Under the pieces are notes generated by a model. That model was not told the origin of the DNA. It saw only the letters and a list, made by a program, of their open reading frames with translations, and searched no databases. This document shows positions 25,193 through 38,198 of a stretch of 64,000 nt of DNA, in pieces. The DNA comes from Octopus sinensis (lineage: Eukaryota). A program made the position numbers and the translations under genes. Each line of letters opens with the position of its first letter. Within the stretch, counting starts at the first letter, position 1. Location of the stretch: positions 54,002,001 through 54,066,000 of the forward strand of contig NC_042998.1 of assembly GCF_006345805.1 (NCBI RefSeq). The letters run 5' to 3'.

Positions 25193-28145
25193 TGGGTGTG
25201 CTGAAAGTGTAACTGCTAGAGTAAGAATAGCCTGGGCAAAGTTTAGAGAGCTCTTACCCCTGCTGGTGACAAAAGGCCTCTCGCTAAGAGTAAAAGGCAG
25301 ACTATATGATGCGTGTGTACGTACAGCCATGCTACATGGTAGTGAAACATGGGCCGTGACAGCTGAGGATATGCGTAAGCTTGCAAGAAATGAAGCCAGT
25401 ATACTCCGATGGATGTGTAATGTCAGTGTTCATAATCGTCAGAGTGTAAGTACTTCGAGAGAAAAGTTGAACCTAAGAAGTGTCAGTTGTGGTGTGCAAG
25501 AGAGACGGCTGCGCTGGTATGGTCATGTGACGAGAATGGCTGAAGATAGTTGTGTGCAAAGTGCTACACCCTAGCAGTTGAGGGAACCTGTGGAAGAGGT
25601 AGACCCAGGAAAACCTAGGACGAGGTGGTGAAGCACGACCTTCGAACTTTAGGTCTCACCAAGGAAATGACTGAAGACCGAGTCCTATGGAAGTGTGCTG
25701 TGCATGAGAGGACCCGGCAGGACTAGTCAGGCCATATCCCGTGGCCCCTACCTGGGACGTAGTCGATCCACCTGTGCATACCTTCCTTCTTGTGACACTT
25801 GTGAAGACCTGCTGAGGCAAGTGAAAAATCAATCAAAATAGATGAACATCAATGGAATTTGTATCTTTGTGGTACCAGTGCCTGTGGCACACAAGAAAAC
25901 CATCCGAACGTGGCCGTAGCCAGTACCGCATCGACTGGCCTCCGTGCTGTGGGAATGGTGGCACATAAAAACACCATCCGAAGACCCGGCAAGACTAGTC
26001 AGGTCATAACCCGTGGGCCCTACCTGGGACGTAGTCAGTCCACCTGTACATACCTTCCTTCTTGTGACACTTGTGAAGACCTGTTGAGGCAAGTGAAAAT
26101 CAAAACAAATCAAAATAGATGAACATCAATGGAATTTGTATCTTTGTGGTACCAGTGGCGGTGGCACACAAGAATCCATCCGAACGTGGCCGTAGTCAGT
26201 ACCGCTTGTGGTACCAGTGCCGGTGGCACACAAGAATCCATCCGAACGTGGCCGTAGTCAGTACCGCATCACTGGCCATCGTGCTGTGGGCACATAACAA
26301 ACACCATCCGGTCATGGCCGTTCGCCAGCCTCATCTAGCACCTGTGTCGGTGGCACATAAAAAGTAGTCAGTACCGCTTGTGGTACCAGTGCCGGTGGCA
26401 CACAAGAATCCATCCGAACATGGCCGTAGTCAGTACCGCATCACTGGCCATCGTGCTGTGGGCACATAATCAAACACCATCCGGTCGTGGCCGTTCGCCA
26501 GCCTCATCTAGCACCTGTGTCGGTGGCACATAAAAACACCATCCGAAGACCCGGCAAGACTAGTCAGGCCATAAAACCATGGCCCCTACCTGGGACGTAG
26601 TCAGTCCACCTGTGCATACCTTCCTCCTTGTGATACTTGTGAAGGCCTGTTGAGGCAAGTGAAAATCAAAATCAAAATCAAAATCAAAACAAATCAAAAT
26701 AGATGAACATCAATGGAATTTGTATCTTTGTGGTACCAGTGCCGGTGGCACACAAGAGAAAACCATCCGAAAGTGGCCGTAGCCAGTACCGCATCGACTG
26801 GCCTCCGTGCTGTGGGCACATGACAAACACCATCCGATCGTGGCCGTTCGCCAGCCTCATCTAGCACCTGTGTCGGTGGCACATAAAAACACCATCCGAA
26901 GACCCGGCAAGACTAGTCAGGCCATAACCCATGGCCCCTACCTGGGACGTAGTCAGTCCACCTGTGCATACCTTCCTTCTTGTGACACTTGTGAAGACCT
27001 GTTGAGGCAAGTGAAAATCAAAATCAAAATCAAAACAAATCAAAATAGATGAACATCAATGGAATCTGTATCTTTGTGGTACCAGTGCCGGTGGCACGCA
27101 AGAGAACCATCCGAACGTGGCCGTAGCCAGTTCCGCATCGACCGGCCTCCGTGCTGTGGGCACGTAACAAACACCATCCGATCATGGCCGTTCACCAGCC
27201 TCATCTGGCACCTGTGTCGGTGGCACATAAAAAACATTCCGAAGACCCGGCAAGACTAGTCAGTCCACCTGTGCATACCTTCCTTCTTGTGACACTTGTG
27301 AAGACCGGTTGAGGCAAGTGAAAATCAATCAATCAAAAAATAGACAAAATAGATGAACATCAATGGAATTTGTATCTTGTGGTACCAGTGCCTGTGGCAC
27401 ACAAGAAATCCATCAGTGCTGTAGTCAGTGCGGTGGGCACATGACAAACACCATCCAATCGTGGCCGTTCGCCAGCCTCATCTAGCACCTGTGTCGGTGG
27501 CACATAAAAACACCATCCGAAGACCCGGCAAGACTAGTCAGGCCATAACCCATGGCCCCTACCTGGGACGTAGTCAGTCCACCTGTGCATACCTTCCTTC
27601 TTGTGACACTTGTGAAGACCTGTTGAGGCAAGTGAAAATCAAAACAAATCAAAATAGATGAACATCAATGGAATTTGTATCTTTGTGGTACCAGTGCCAG
27701 TGGCACGTGGCACACAAGAAAACCATCCGAACGTGGCCGTAGCCAGTACCGCATATCGACTGGCCTCCGTGCTGTGGGCACGTAACAAGCACCATCCGAT
27801 CGTGGCCGTTTGCCAGCCTCATCTGGCACCTGTGTCGGTGGCACATAAAAACACCATCCGAGCATGGCCGTCTGCCAGCCTCGTCTGGCACCTTGTCGGT
27901 GGCACATAAAAACACCATCCGAGCGTGGCCGTTTGCCAGCCTCGTCTGGCACCTGTGTCGGTGGCACATAAAATCACCCACTACACTCTCGGAGTGGTTG
28001 GCGTTAGGAAGGGCATCCAGCTGTAGAACAAACCCAGATCTGACTGGACTGGTGCAGCTTTCGGGCTCCCCAGACCCCAGTTGAACCGTCCAACCCATGC
28101 TAGCATGGAAAGCGGACGTTAAATGATGATGATGATGATGATGAT
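25193..28145 (+). mobile_element. 5'-truncated RTE-clade LINE with tandemly amplified 3' UTR
   Basis: RVRIAWAKFRELLPLL...KGRLYDACVRTAMLHGSETWA...RRLRWYGHV...GRGRPRKT (RTE post-RT region); six 3' UTR units; (GAT)n tail; flanked by (TA)n. Confidence 0.9.
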
Positions 28146-28786
28146 ATATATATATTTGTATTTGTTTTGCAAGATTCTTGATGTGAAATCATATATTAAA
28201 ATGCAATGAGCTGGATTCATTTTTACTACTTTTGTTGTTATCACTTCACTAGTTAACTAATTAACTAATCAATTTTGTTTGATCAATCATTTGGTTCATC
28301 AGCATCCTTTTTTCACAGTCTGTGTATTTATTGATGATGTGCCCTCATCTGCTCTTTTGTCACTAACTAGCATCGTGTGTGTGTGTGCGCACATGCACTT
28401 GTGTGTATATCAGACTGAGGCAAGGACCATTGTTTTTGAACAGTAATACTCAGTGAGATAATATTGGACTAGTTTAGTTCTCTTAACACCATTGTTCATT
28501 TTACAATCTATATATTTACTGAGCAATTTACTAAGTATTAAAAACATTATAGATGGTCAACATAATAGACTATAACTGTTGATAATAGTAGCTGCAGCAC
28601 TGAACAGACCAAGGCTACATTAAAGACACTTATCAAAGGTGCCACAGAGTTGAATTGAACTTAGGACCACATAGTTGCAAAGCAAACATCTTTATCACAC
28701 AACTGTATGTGTACCATATGAATGGAACAGAAACATGATTTCAACATGGAGCAGTGTTGATAGTAAAATGGGTAATTCACTTAGAA

Positions 28787-29385
28787 CAGAGATTCTCAAC
28801 TGGAGTCTATTTAAGATTTTTGGAGGTCAAGGTGGCGAGCTGGCAGAAACGTTAGCATGCCGGGCGAAATGCATAGCCGTATTTCATCTGCCGTTATGTT
28901 CTGAGTTCAAATTCCATCGAGGTTGACTTTGCCTTTCATTCTTTTGGGATTGATAAATAAAGTACCACTTTCACACTGGGGTTGATGTAATTGACTTAAT
29001 CCCTTTGTTTGTCCCCTCTATGTTTAGCCCCTAGTGGGTAGTAAAGAAATACATATAAGATTTTTGGAGGTCCATGAAAGCAAAATAATAAAATGAAGAT
29101 CCATAGTAGAATCTTAAGGGTCCATGAAAAATCTTTTGCTTGAGATGTATTTATTGCAAGAAACAGTTAGTTTTTAATACTTTACCTAGTTCAACATGTT
29201 TCTGGCAACTGAAACATGTTCTCTCAGAAAATTCTGTTTGCAAACCTACACAAGTGAACGTGTGAAAAACAAATTAGAAATGTTGAGAGAAGATCTATAA
29301 AACTAGCTTTTAAGAACTGAATGGCTATGGCGGTCCACCAGAATTAAACAGTAATAGATAAAAAAAAAATAATTGAGAATCACTG
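28787..29385. mobile_element. hAT/Charlie-like MITE interrupted by a SINE
   Basis: Termini CAGAGATTCTCAAC ... ATTGAGAATCACTG; flanks ACTTAGAA / TTTTAGAC loosely resemble an 8-bp TSD. Confidence 0.55.
28829..29051 (+). mobile_element. tRNA-derived SINE, family B, with 17-bp TSD
   Basis: TAAGATTTTTGGAGGTC at 28812-28828 and 29056-29072; body AAGGTGGCGAGCTGGCAGAAAC...GAGTTCAAATTCC...GTAAAGAAAT. Confidence 0.9.
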
Positions 29386-30119
29386 TTTTAGACTATCACT
29401 TTACTATTATAGCATTCAAACTTCAAAATTCACAATGTTAGCAATAGTAAAGATGCAAATAAATGGAAAGAAATACTAAAATATATAAATACCATGCGTT
29501 AATGCATATCTTAAGAAAGCTGGAGATGAGAGATAAGAAGTGAAAAACAAACAAAATTTGTACACTTCTTTGACTTGAACCAGTAAAATGTGAAAGAAAT
29601 AAATTAAATTCTTTCTGCTTGTCACCATGTTATACATAACATAACAATTTATATCAGCGGAGTACACACAAACACATACAGATACATATGTAGTTTTTTA
29701 TCCATGAATACATACATGTCTTTTTTTTTTGTATTCAAGCATAAACACCTGAGAAAAGCTTTGTCAGAATTAAGTACAGTTGTAATAACAAAAGATATGA
29801 AGACTATTTAAACACTGTTAGAATATTTCCCATCAAAGTATTCCAACCATTATAAAATTTGAGCTATGCCTTCAATTATACATTATATATATATATATTT
29901 AATTTTATTTGTTAGGGAATAAAAATTCCGGCATAACAGGGGTTCAAATTATTCTCAATGAAGAAATATATATTTTCATTTAGAGATAGTAGGCCCCTTC
30001 ATCTCACCATATAAAAAAGAATTTTTATTTTAATTTTTATTTTAAATACCTACTAGTAGGTATTTAGAATAAAAATTCTTTTTTAAATGGTGAGATGAAG
30101 GGGCCTATTATCTCTAAAG

Positions 30120-30164
<45 letters not shown>

Positions 30165-31634
30165 AATATTTTCAAAGCTAAAAAACTATTGGGTGCTAAG
30201 CTTCCATTCTTATTGAGCCTTTACTCTTTTTAGACTACTTGAATCCTGCCAAATTATACATACATACTTGGCAATGGAGTAATGGGCTGCTGGTGAAGAT
30301 TAGTCAAATCTGAAATCAGAGCTGACATGACTCCATCTCTCTTGCCCTAGGGATCTTGTCTCCCTTGTCAGTTGTTAGAAAAGTGCTCTCATGTGGCTAA
30401 GAGTTGTTTCAGCTCCTATTTCTAGCAATGCTGGTGCTGACTAGCACCCTGTGTCACTTTAGTGATGACTATACTTATTGCCTTTAGATTTGTATATATG
30501 TATGTATACACATGTGTGTGTGCATGTGTATGTATGTATGTATGTATAGACAGACAGACAGATAGATATACATATATGTATAACCTTAATTTAATTAATA
30601 TCAGTGTTATCCTTGAAATATTCATATTATCATCTGATGGCTGTACTTTGATTTTGGCTCCATGTGTGGCCAGAACACAAAATTTTCTCTTTTGCTTCTT
30701 AATGAAGCTATTTGCTTCCAACATCCTATGCATGATACAGCTTTATATTTATAAAGATTCCCTGACAGTCAGAAGTTATAATTGCATTTTGTTTTTCCTG
30801 CAGCTTATACCTTTGAGTTGTGTTCCTATGTCAAGCATTTAACAAGTTTTATCTGGGGCTCAACATACCTATATTACTAAAATGCTTCACCTGTTAGAAC
30901 AAGTTATGCATTCTAAAGAGAATTAGCAGTGAGCATGAGTGCCATTCTAGGTGTTGATAAAAACAAACTGAGCACACAAGAATTATGCACAACTTCCAAA
31001 AATCCTTCACCTGAAAATGCTTCTGAGGGTATTGCCACTTTGGAATAAACTGTACAAGCATGTTTCAGCATGCTTGTACAACAAATTGTCATTCTCCAAA
31101 CACTCCTTCAGTGTCTGAACATTGCTGACTTGTGAGCTTATCTCGAATTACTGTTGTCAGTCAAGGCTGTGTGGTAAGAAGCTTGCTTCCCAACCACATG
31201 GTTCCAGGTTCTGTCCCACTGCATGACATCTTAGGCAAACGTCTTCTAATATAGCCTCAGGCCAACCAAAGCTTTGTGAGTGGATTTGGTAAACAGGAAC
31301 TGAAAGAAGCCTGTTGTGTGTGTGTGTATGTATATATATAAAATTATAAATGTTATTACAATAGTATTATTTTCCAGCAATAAGCACCATAAATTGGAAA
31401 TAGTAGCACAACAAAGCACCAATGTTTGCTGAAAATAGCAGTCAATAACCATACGATGCCATGTATAGCTTCACTGCATGTATAGAAGCAAAGATGTGTA
31501 CAGGCGGTGAACATAAAAACTTTTGTCTTACCTCTAGGAGAAATGCTAGAGAAATGGACAACCTAGTACTTGCATGGTTATTGACTGCTATTTCCAGCAA
31601 ACATTGGTGCCTTGTTGTGCCACTATTTCCTATT

Positions 31635-31822
<188 letters not shown>

Positions 31823-32649
31823 TTCAGATGAATATGATACTTAAGTTGAGGCACCAGAATTTAGTACGGTATTATCCATACAATTTCAAAATAAGGTGAT
31901 TAAAATCAAAATAAGCAACAAGGATATCCATATACATACATATATGTGCATGTGTGTGTGTTTGTCCCCCCACACTGCTTGACAATTGGTGTTAGTGTGT
32001 TTATGTCCCCATAACTTAGCAGTTCAGCAAAAGATATTGACAGAATAAGTACCAGGCTTTTAAAAAAGTACTGAGATTGATTCATTTAACTAAATATCCT
32101 TCAAGGTGGTGTCTCAGCATAGCCACAGTCTAACAACTGAAATAAGTAAACAATGAAAGCAAATTGGACAGAAATAGCTACTGAACAAGTCTATTCTGCT
32201 GAAGATTATCCTGCAGCTTGTTGGAGACAAGCAATTTTCTTTTTTATATGGTTATAGAAAATGGTGTGAGAAGCAAGTTTGAGGGGATTTTCCTTTCTAG
32301 CCAATTTATCACCTTCTTCAAATACTATCCAAAGAGAAAGGCTCTTCATTAAATTGGCAAAAATATGGTTGAGAGTTTCAGGTGTAGCCTGAATGAATAA
32401 GCCAACAGATGAGCCTGAATGCATAGGTCAACACATGACCCTGAATGCATAGGCTAACACAGGAGCCTGAATGAATAGAATGAATAGATTGTTCTGAGTT
32501 CAAATCCTGCTGAGAATGAACAATTTTGCCTTTCATCCTTTCAGGATTAATAAAACAAAGTACCAGTCAAATACTAGAGTCAATGTACTCAATTCACTTC
32601 CTCTCAAAGTTGCTTGTTCTGTGGCAAATTTAGAAAGAATTATTGTTAA

Positions 32650-33005
32650 GGGGTAGACCCAGGAAGACATGGGATAAGGTGGTGAAGTATGATCTTCAAA
32701 TGCTGAGTCTCACAGAAGCAGTGGCAAGTGACTGAGACCTTTGGCGATAAACCGTGCTTGAGAAGACCTGTCAAGCAAAGTGAGATCATAGTCATGGCTG
32801 ATGCCAGTGTCACATAACTGGCACTCATGCTGTGGCACTAAAAAAGCACCCATTACACTCTTGGAGAGGTTGGCATTAGGAAGGGCATCCAACCATAGAA
32901 ACCATGCTGAATCAGATTGGAATCTGGTGCAGCTTACCAGTTTTCAGTCAAACTGTCCAATCCATGCCAGTATGGAAAAACGGATGTTAAGTGATGATGA
33001 TGATG
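32650..33005 (+). mobile_element. RTE-clade LINE 3' end
   Basis: GGTAGACCCAGGAAGACATGGGAT (GRPRKTWD), short 3' UTR and (GAT)n tail. Confidence 0.8.
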
Positions 33006-33766
33006 AACTTTCATGAGATATTTAGCCATTTCTTGAATAGTACTGTTAAGAAAAGGGGAGTCGCTTTGAGAAGTGGAGAAGAAGGTATATTTCTTTGTTT
33101 TAATTGTCAAAGTAATGACAAATAAAAATTGTGTCAGGGGGAAGCAGGGGAAGAAGATGGAAGCTGATATTATTGTTTGTGAAAATTCAACATGTATTAC
33201 GACAACAGACATGTAACAAGGTAACCATGGAAATGACATATACGATGGCAAAAGAAAAGCTAGGTTGGAATTGAAATGTAAAGAATAGAAATCTTTTCTT
33301 TGCATCTTGTGTCATCAGTGGAATAGATATTCCAATTATACAACTGCAACTTGAAAAGGTGAATAAATTTATTCATGACGGAGCAGGTGGCGTATTTCTT
33401 CATAGATGACAGAGAAAGAGCAAAGAGAATATTTAAGGAATTATGGTAACAATTAAGCAATGCTTCAAAAGAACAGCAAAACCATTTTGATTATGGAATT
33501 AGATGAAGTCTTTGAAGCAAAGATATGTCATATTGATTCCAAATCTTTGAACAAAGTCAGCAATTTCGAGGGTGGAGTAAGTCAGTTACTCTGATTCCAG
33601 TGTCCTGCTGGTACCTTATTTTATCAACCCCAAAAGGATGAAAAGCAAAATTGACCCCAGAAGCATTTGAACTCAGGTTGTAAAGTTAAAAGAAATACCA
33701 CCAAGTATTTTTTCCGGCACAGTAATGATTCTGCTAGCTTGCCACCTTAGTCAGATATGTTATATT

Positions 33767-33999
33767 TAGGGTTGCGAACTAGCAGAAAAGTTAGCATGCT
33801 GGGCAAAATGCTTAGCGGTATTTCGTCTGCAGCCATATTCTGAGTTCAAATTCCGCCAATGTCGACTTTGCCTTTCATCCTTTCAGGGTTGATTAAATAA
33901 GTACCAGTTACATATTGGGGTAGATATAATCAACTTAATCCGTTTGTCTGTCCTTGTTTATCCCCTCTGTGTGTAGCCCCCTATGAGCAGTAAAAAATA
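33767..33999 (+). mobile_element. SINE family B with TSD
   Basis: AGATATGTTATATT on both sides (33753 and 34000). Confidence 0.85.
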
Positions 34000-34419
34000 A
34001 GATATGTTATATTGATTCCAAACCTTTACACAAGGCCAACAATTTCAAAAATGGAGTAAGTCGATTACACTGATCCCAGCATTCAACTGACACTTTATTT
34101 TATCAATTCCCAAAGGATAAAACGTAAAGTCAACCCTAACAGCATTTGAATTCAGAACATAAAATCAAAAGAAATATTGCTAAGCATTTTTCCTGACACA
34201 GTAACAATTCTGCTAGCTTGCAGCCTTGATCAGACATGTCATATTGTTGTTTAGCTATGAGTCATCTTTGGATGAGCAGACCTATGATAAAAAGGATTCT
34301 TACCATGAGCACCCAAAATTTTATTCAGACACATTTTAAGATAACAGGGTGGGATTTAACCCTTTTTTTAGCATATTTCTAGTGAAATACACAGTCTTTC
34401 TTTCAGTAAGTTCTTATAA

Positions 34420-34810
34420 TTGTTTCAGTCATTTGACTGCAGCCATGCTGGAGCACTGCCTTAAAGGGTTTTAGTTGAAGAAACTGACCCCAGGACTTAT
34501 TCTTTGTAAGCCTAGTAGTCATTCTATCAGTCCTTTTTGCCAAACCACGAAGTTATGGGGGATGAAAACACCGATATCAGTTGTCAAGCAATGGTTGGGA
34601 AGCAAACAGACAAAAAGTCACACACACATAAACATATACATAAATACCTGTATGTATGTATGTATGAAAGGCTTCTTTCAGTTTACATCTATCAAATCCA
34701 CTCAAATCCCAAAATTATAGTAGAAGACACTTGCCATGGTGCCATGCTGTGAAACTGAACCCAGAACCATGAGGTTGGGAAGTAAGCTTCTTGCCACAGC
34801 CACACCTGTG
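34420..34810 (-). mobile_element. SINE family A
   Basis: Reverse complement of the family A head and tail. Confidence 0.8.
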
Positions 34811-36267
34811 CTAATCCGTACGAAAAATTTTTTAAATTATCCTTATTAATTCAGTATTTGAAACATAAATTTACATGAAAATTTCTTGGAAGATTATTTA
34901 AACTATTAGCTTCCTTATTCGTGAGGAAAACGAATTTCAATATTTACATCTACACAATATCATAACTCTTTGCCAGTCCTGTGTACCACATGTGGTATGC
35001 AGTATATATTTTCCTGGTCTCTATGCATCATATGATGCACATTCCCAATTTTTCTCAGCCACCAGAATATCTTGAGACTTATGAAAGAAACACTTCATAT
35101 TACGTAGAACTTGAGAAACAAGGGCTAACTAAAAGTCTGAAAACAAGCATGGATATTTAGAACAATCTTAGGAAAATGCTTTGGACAAGCAAAAGGTTAA
35201 TTTGCTTGAACTATTGCCATCTATTTATTTTCCTTTTATTCCTAGTATTAGGAATAGTATTAGACTGGATTTGAACTATACATTTCTAATGCTTTCTAAT
35301 CCAAATCTAGTCAAGAGTTTAGTACTATGTAAATATCCAGTGATAAAATATCCAGTAATAATTAGAGATCAAGCTGATCAAATTTCAATGTTGATTTTTA
35401 GATATTAAAAATGTTTGATCTTATTTATTTATTAATTAACTGTTAATAAATTTGTTTGCTTATTGGGTTTTTTTTTTTTGAGAAGAGGGAGCAAGCTGAT
35501 TAACTTGACACCAGTATTTCACTGGTACTTTGTTTTATCGATCCTGAAAGGATGAAAGGTAAAGTAATTCATTCTCAGCAGGATTTGAACTCAGAACATA
35601 AAGAACCAGATGAAATGTTGCAAGGCATTTTGTATGACACTCTAACAATTATACATTTTAAAGTCATCTTGAACAAATTTGCAATTTGTGAATATTGTCG
35701 ACTAAGGGCTGGTATCAAAAGAGATGGTGATGAAAAATGTTGATGACCTAGCAAAATATTTACATTCATAAATGTACAAACAATAGAGATTTGTTGGCTT
35801 GTTTTTTTACTTAAGTCTCCAAAACCAAACAAATCCAACTTTCTGACTGGTACTGATTGGATTTTTGAAATGTTCCAATATAGATTTGGACAAACTGCAC
35901 TGTGTCATTGACATTTTACCTAAATAAATTATTTACTAAGTCAGCAGATAAGGATAGCATTAGGTGTCCACAATTTTGACAGATCAACTATAAAATCACA
36001 AGTTTGTAAATCTGCATAGTCAAATTAGATAAGATGCTTGGGCTACTCAAAGCAGCTTGTTTCCTTGAAGCTGAAAAGAAAAACTGCAGCAATAGGATTA
36101 AGCAAACTAATTAATTGGGAGTTGATAGAAGCAATTATCAACAAAGAGCAATGGGTTTGTGGGTCTCCCTGAAAATAGGTATTAGTGTAGGTTATAAAGG
36201 ATATAATAACAAAGAATAATAAATTAGAAGGAAAGCTAATCTATAGATTACAAGAAATGGTTAGAAA

Positions 36268-36499
36268 AGGCAGTGAGCTGGCAGAAACGTCAGCACACCG
36301 GGCGAAATGCTTAACAGTATTTCATCTGCCGCTACGTTCTGAGTTCAAATTCCACCGAGGTCAACTTTGCCTTTCATCCTTTCTGGGTCGATTAAATAAG
36401 TACCAGTTATGCACTGGGGTCGATATAATCAACTTAATCCGTTTGTCTGTCCTTGTTTGTCCTCTCTGTGTGTTGTCTCTTGTGGGAAGTAAAGAAATA
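36268..36499 (+). mobile_element. SINE family B with TSD
   Basis: AAGAAATGG(T/A)TAGAAAA flanks both ends. Confidence 0.85.
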
Positions 36500-37859
36500 A
36501 GAAATGGATAGAAAAGACATTGCAACTAATATGCTAGCAGCAATAATACTGCTTGACTATTTCTTTAATGTAAAACATAAAGAATTGTTTTCTGAGCTAA
36601 GGTCCATGCTCTTAGACACAAGAGAGTGAAAAATATTTGATTGGCCAGAGTGACAGAGGCGAGGCATGGAGATAAATTCACATACTTTGGTTGGGTTTAG
36701 ACCAGACCTGCAGGAGAATAGGACCTGAAACAAGATCACAGACAGAGTGACATGTCTTGCCAAGAGACAGACTGAGAGGCAGTATCCATAAAAAGGTCAG
36801 ACAGAGATAGCAAATGCATATATCTAATAACAGATCTATCATTTTTAACACCTGACCATATCTAAGTTTGTTCTTTTATTTCTTATGGGCAGGATGACTT
36901 CCATTAGTCACAGAGTCTTTTGACATCCTTTGCTCAGAAAGCTATCAGTATGCTATAACTGATGATATGCCAGCAGGCACTGAAGTTACAGTATCTATTC
37001 ATCTTCCCTGATGGGGAACAGGTGATGTCATCAATTATCATTTATCTGTCAAAGAGCTACAGTGCTTAGTCATGAGACAAGCTGAGCATTGAAGATCAGT
37101 TGACCAGTATGTATTGGTGGGCTTCCAGTTCAGGAACTATGGGTTGACAGTGCAACCAGAAGGTGAATGAACAGTTTAAACCTAGCAGCAACAACAACAG
37201 TAGCAGCAGCTGCTGCAACCACCATTGCACCCCTACCACCTAAATGTATCTTTTCCGTTTCTGTTATTTCTTTCTCTATCCAAACTATTACAACTCAATT
37301 CCTTTTGACCTTTTACCTCTTGAAATTATACACATCAGCAGCACCAAATTTGCTAGAATTTAGCAAATTCAGTGTTATTATTAAGGTCAGTGGTTGACAC
37401 AATGAACTGACAGAATCATTAGCATACTAGACAAAATGCATAGAAGTATTTCTTCTGGCTCTACATTCTGAGTTCAAATTCCATCAAGGTTTGATTCGCC
37501 ATTCATCCCTATAGGGTTGATAAAATAAGTACCAGTCAAACACTAGATTCAATGTAAATGACTTGCTTCCCAGCAAATTTTAAACTATGTGTCTATAGTA
37601 AAAAAAAATATAATTAAGTCAAATAGCAATCTAACACAATAAAAGGAAAATCATAACGAAGCCACTAAAATGAAAGAAAAGAAGAACAAACAGGCATGGC
37701 TATGTGATAAGAAGCTTACTTCCTAACTACATGGTTCCGGGTTCAGTCCTACTTCATGACACCTTGGGCAAGTGTCTTCTACTACAGCCTAGGCCGACCA
37801 AAGCCTTGTGAGTGGATTTGATAAACAGAAACTGAAAGAAGCCTGTCATATATATAAAT

Positions 37860-38162
37860 ATCACTGTGACCGACCAGGCTATCAGATGTTGCTACACATC
37901 GCTGGTCACAATACACTTCGCATTGTTTTAGCCTTCAAATGACGCCACCCCGCTGGCTAAGCAAGCTGGCCAACAGAAGAAAGAGCGAGAGAAAGTTGTG
38001 GCGAAAGAGTAAAGCAGGGATCACCACAAGCCCCTGCCAGAGCCTCGTGGAGCTTTAGGTGTTTTCGCTCACTAAAGACTCACAATGCTCGGTCTGGGAA
38101 TCGAAACCACGATCCTACAACCGCGAGTCCGCTGCCCTTACCACTGGGCCATTGCGCCTCCA
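37860..38162 (-). mobile_element. tRNA-derived SINE (family C) nested in the TA tract of a family A SINE
   Basis: Minus strand GGAGGCGCAATGGCCCAGTGGTAAGGGC (A box) ... GGTTTCGATTCCC (B box); host SINE halves at 37693-37850 and 38200-38395. Confidence 0.8.
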
Positions 38163-38163
38163 C

Positions 38164-38198
<35 letters not shown>

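Noticed and set aside
25711-27960. CRISPR-like or coding interpretation of the repeated modules and their many ORFs
   Set aside because: There are no unique spacers, the context is eukaryotic, and the units are copies of an RTE 3' UTR.
30790-30880. Plus-strand exon after TTTTTCCTGCAG
   Set aside because: All three frames stop within 26 codons; no donor or recognisable peptide.
33006-33018. AACTTTCATGAGA after an RTE tail, also seen at 7922
   Set aside because: Only 13 nt and absent after the other tails, so not evidence of a specific target site.
38090-38162. tRNA gene
   Set aside because: A and B boxes belong to a SINE head; there is no acceptor-stem closure and the sequence continues into the SINE body. 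The same applies to 39420 and 44480-44540.
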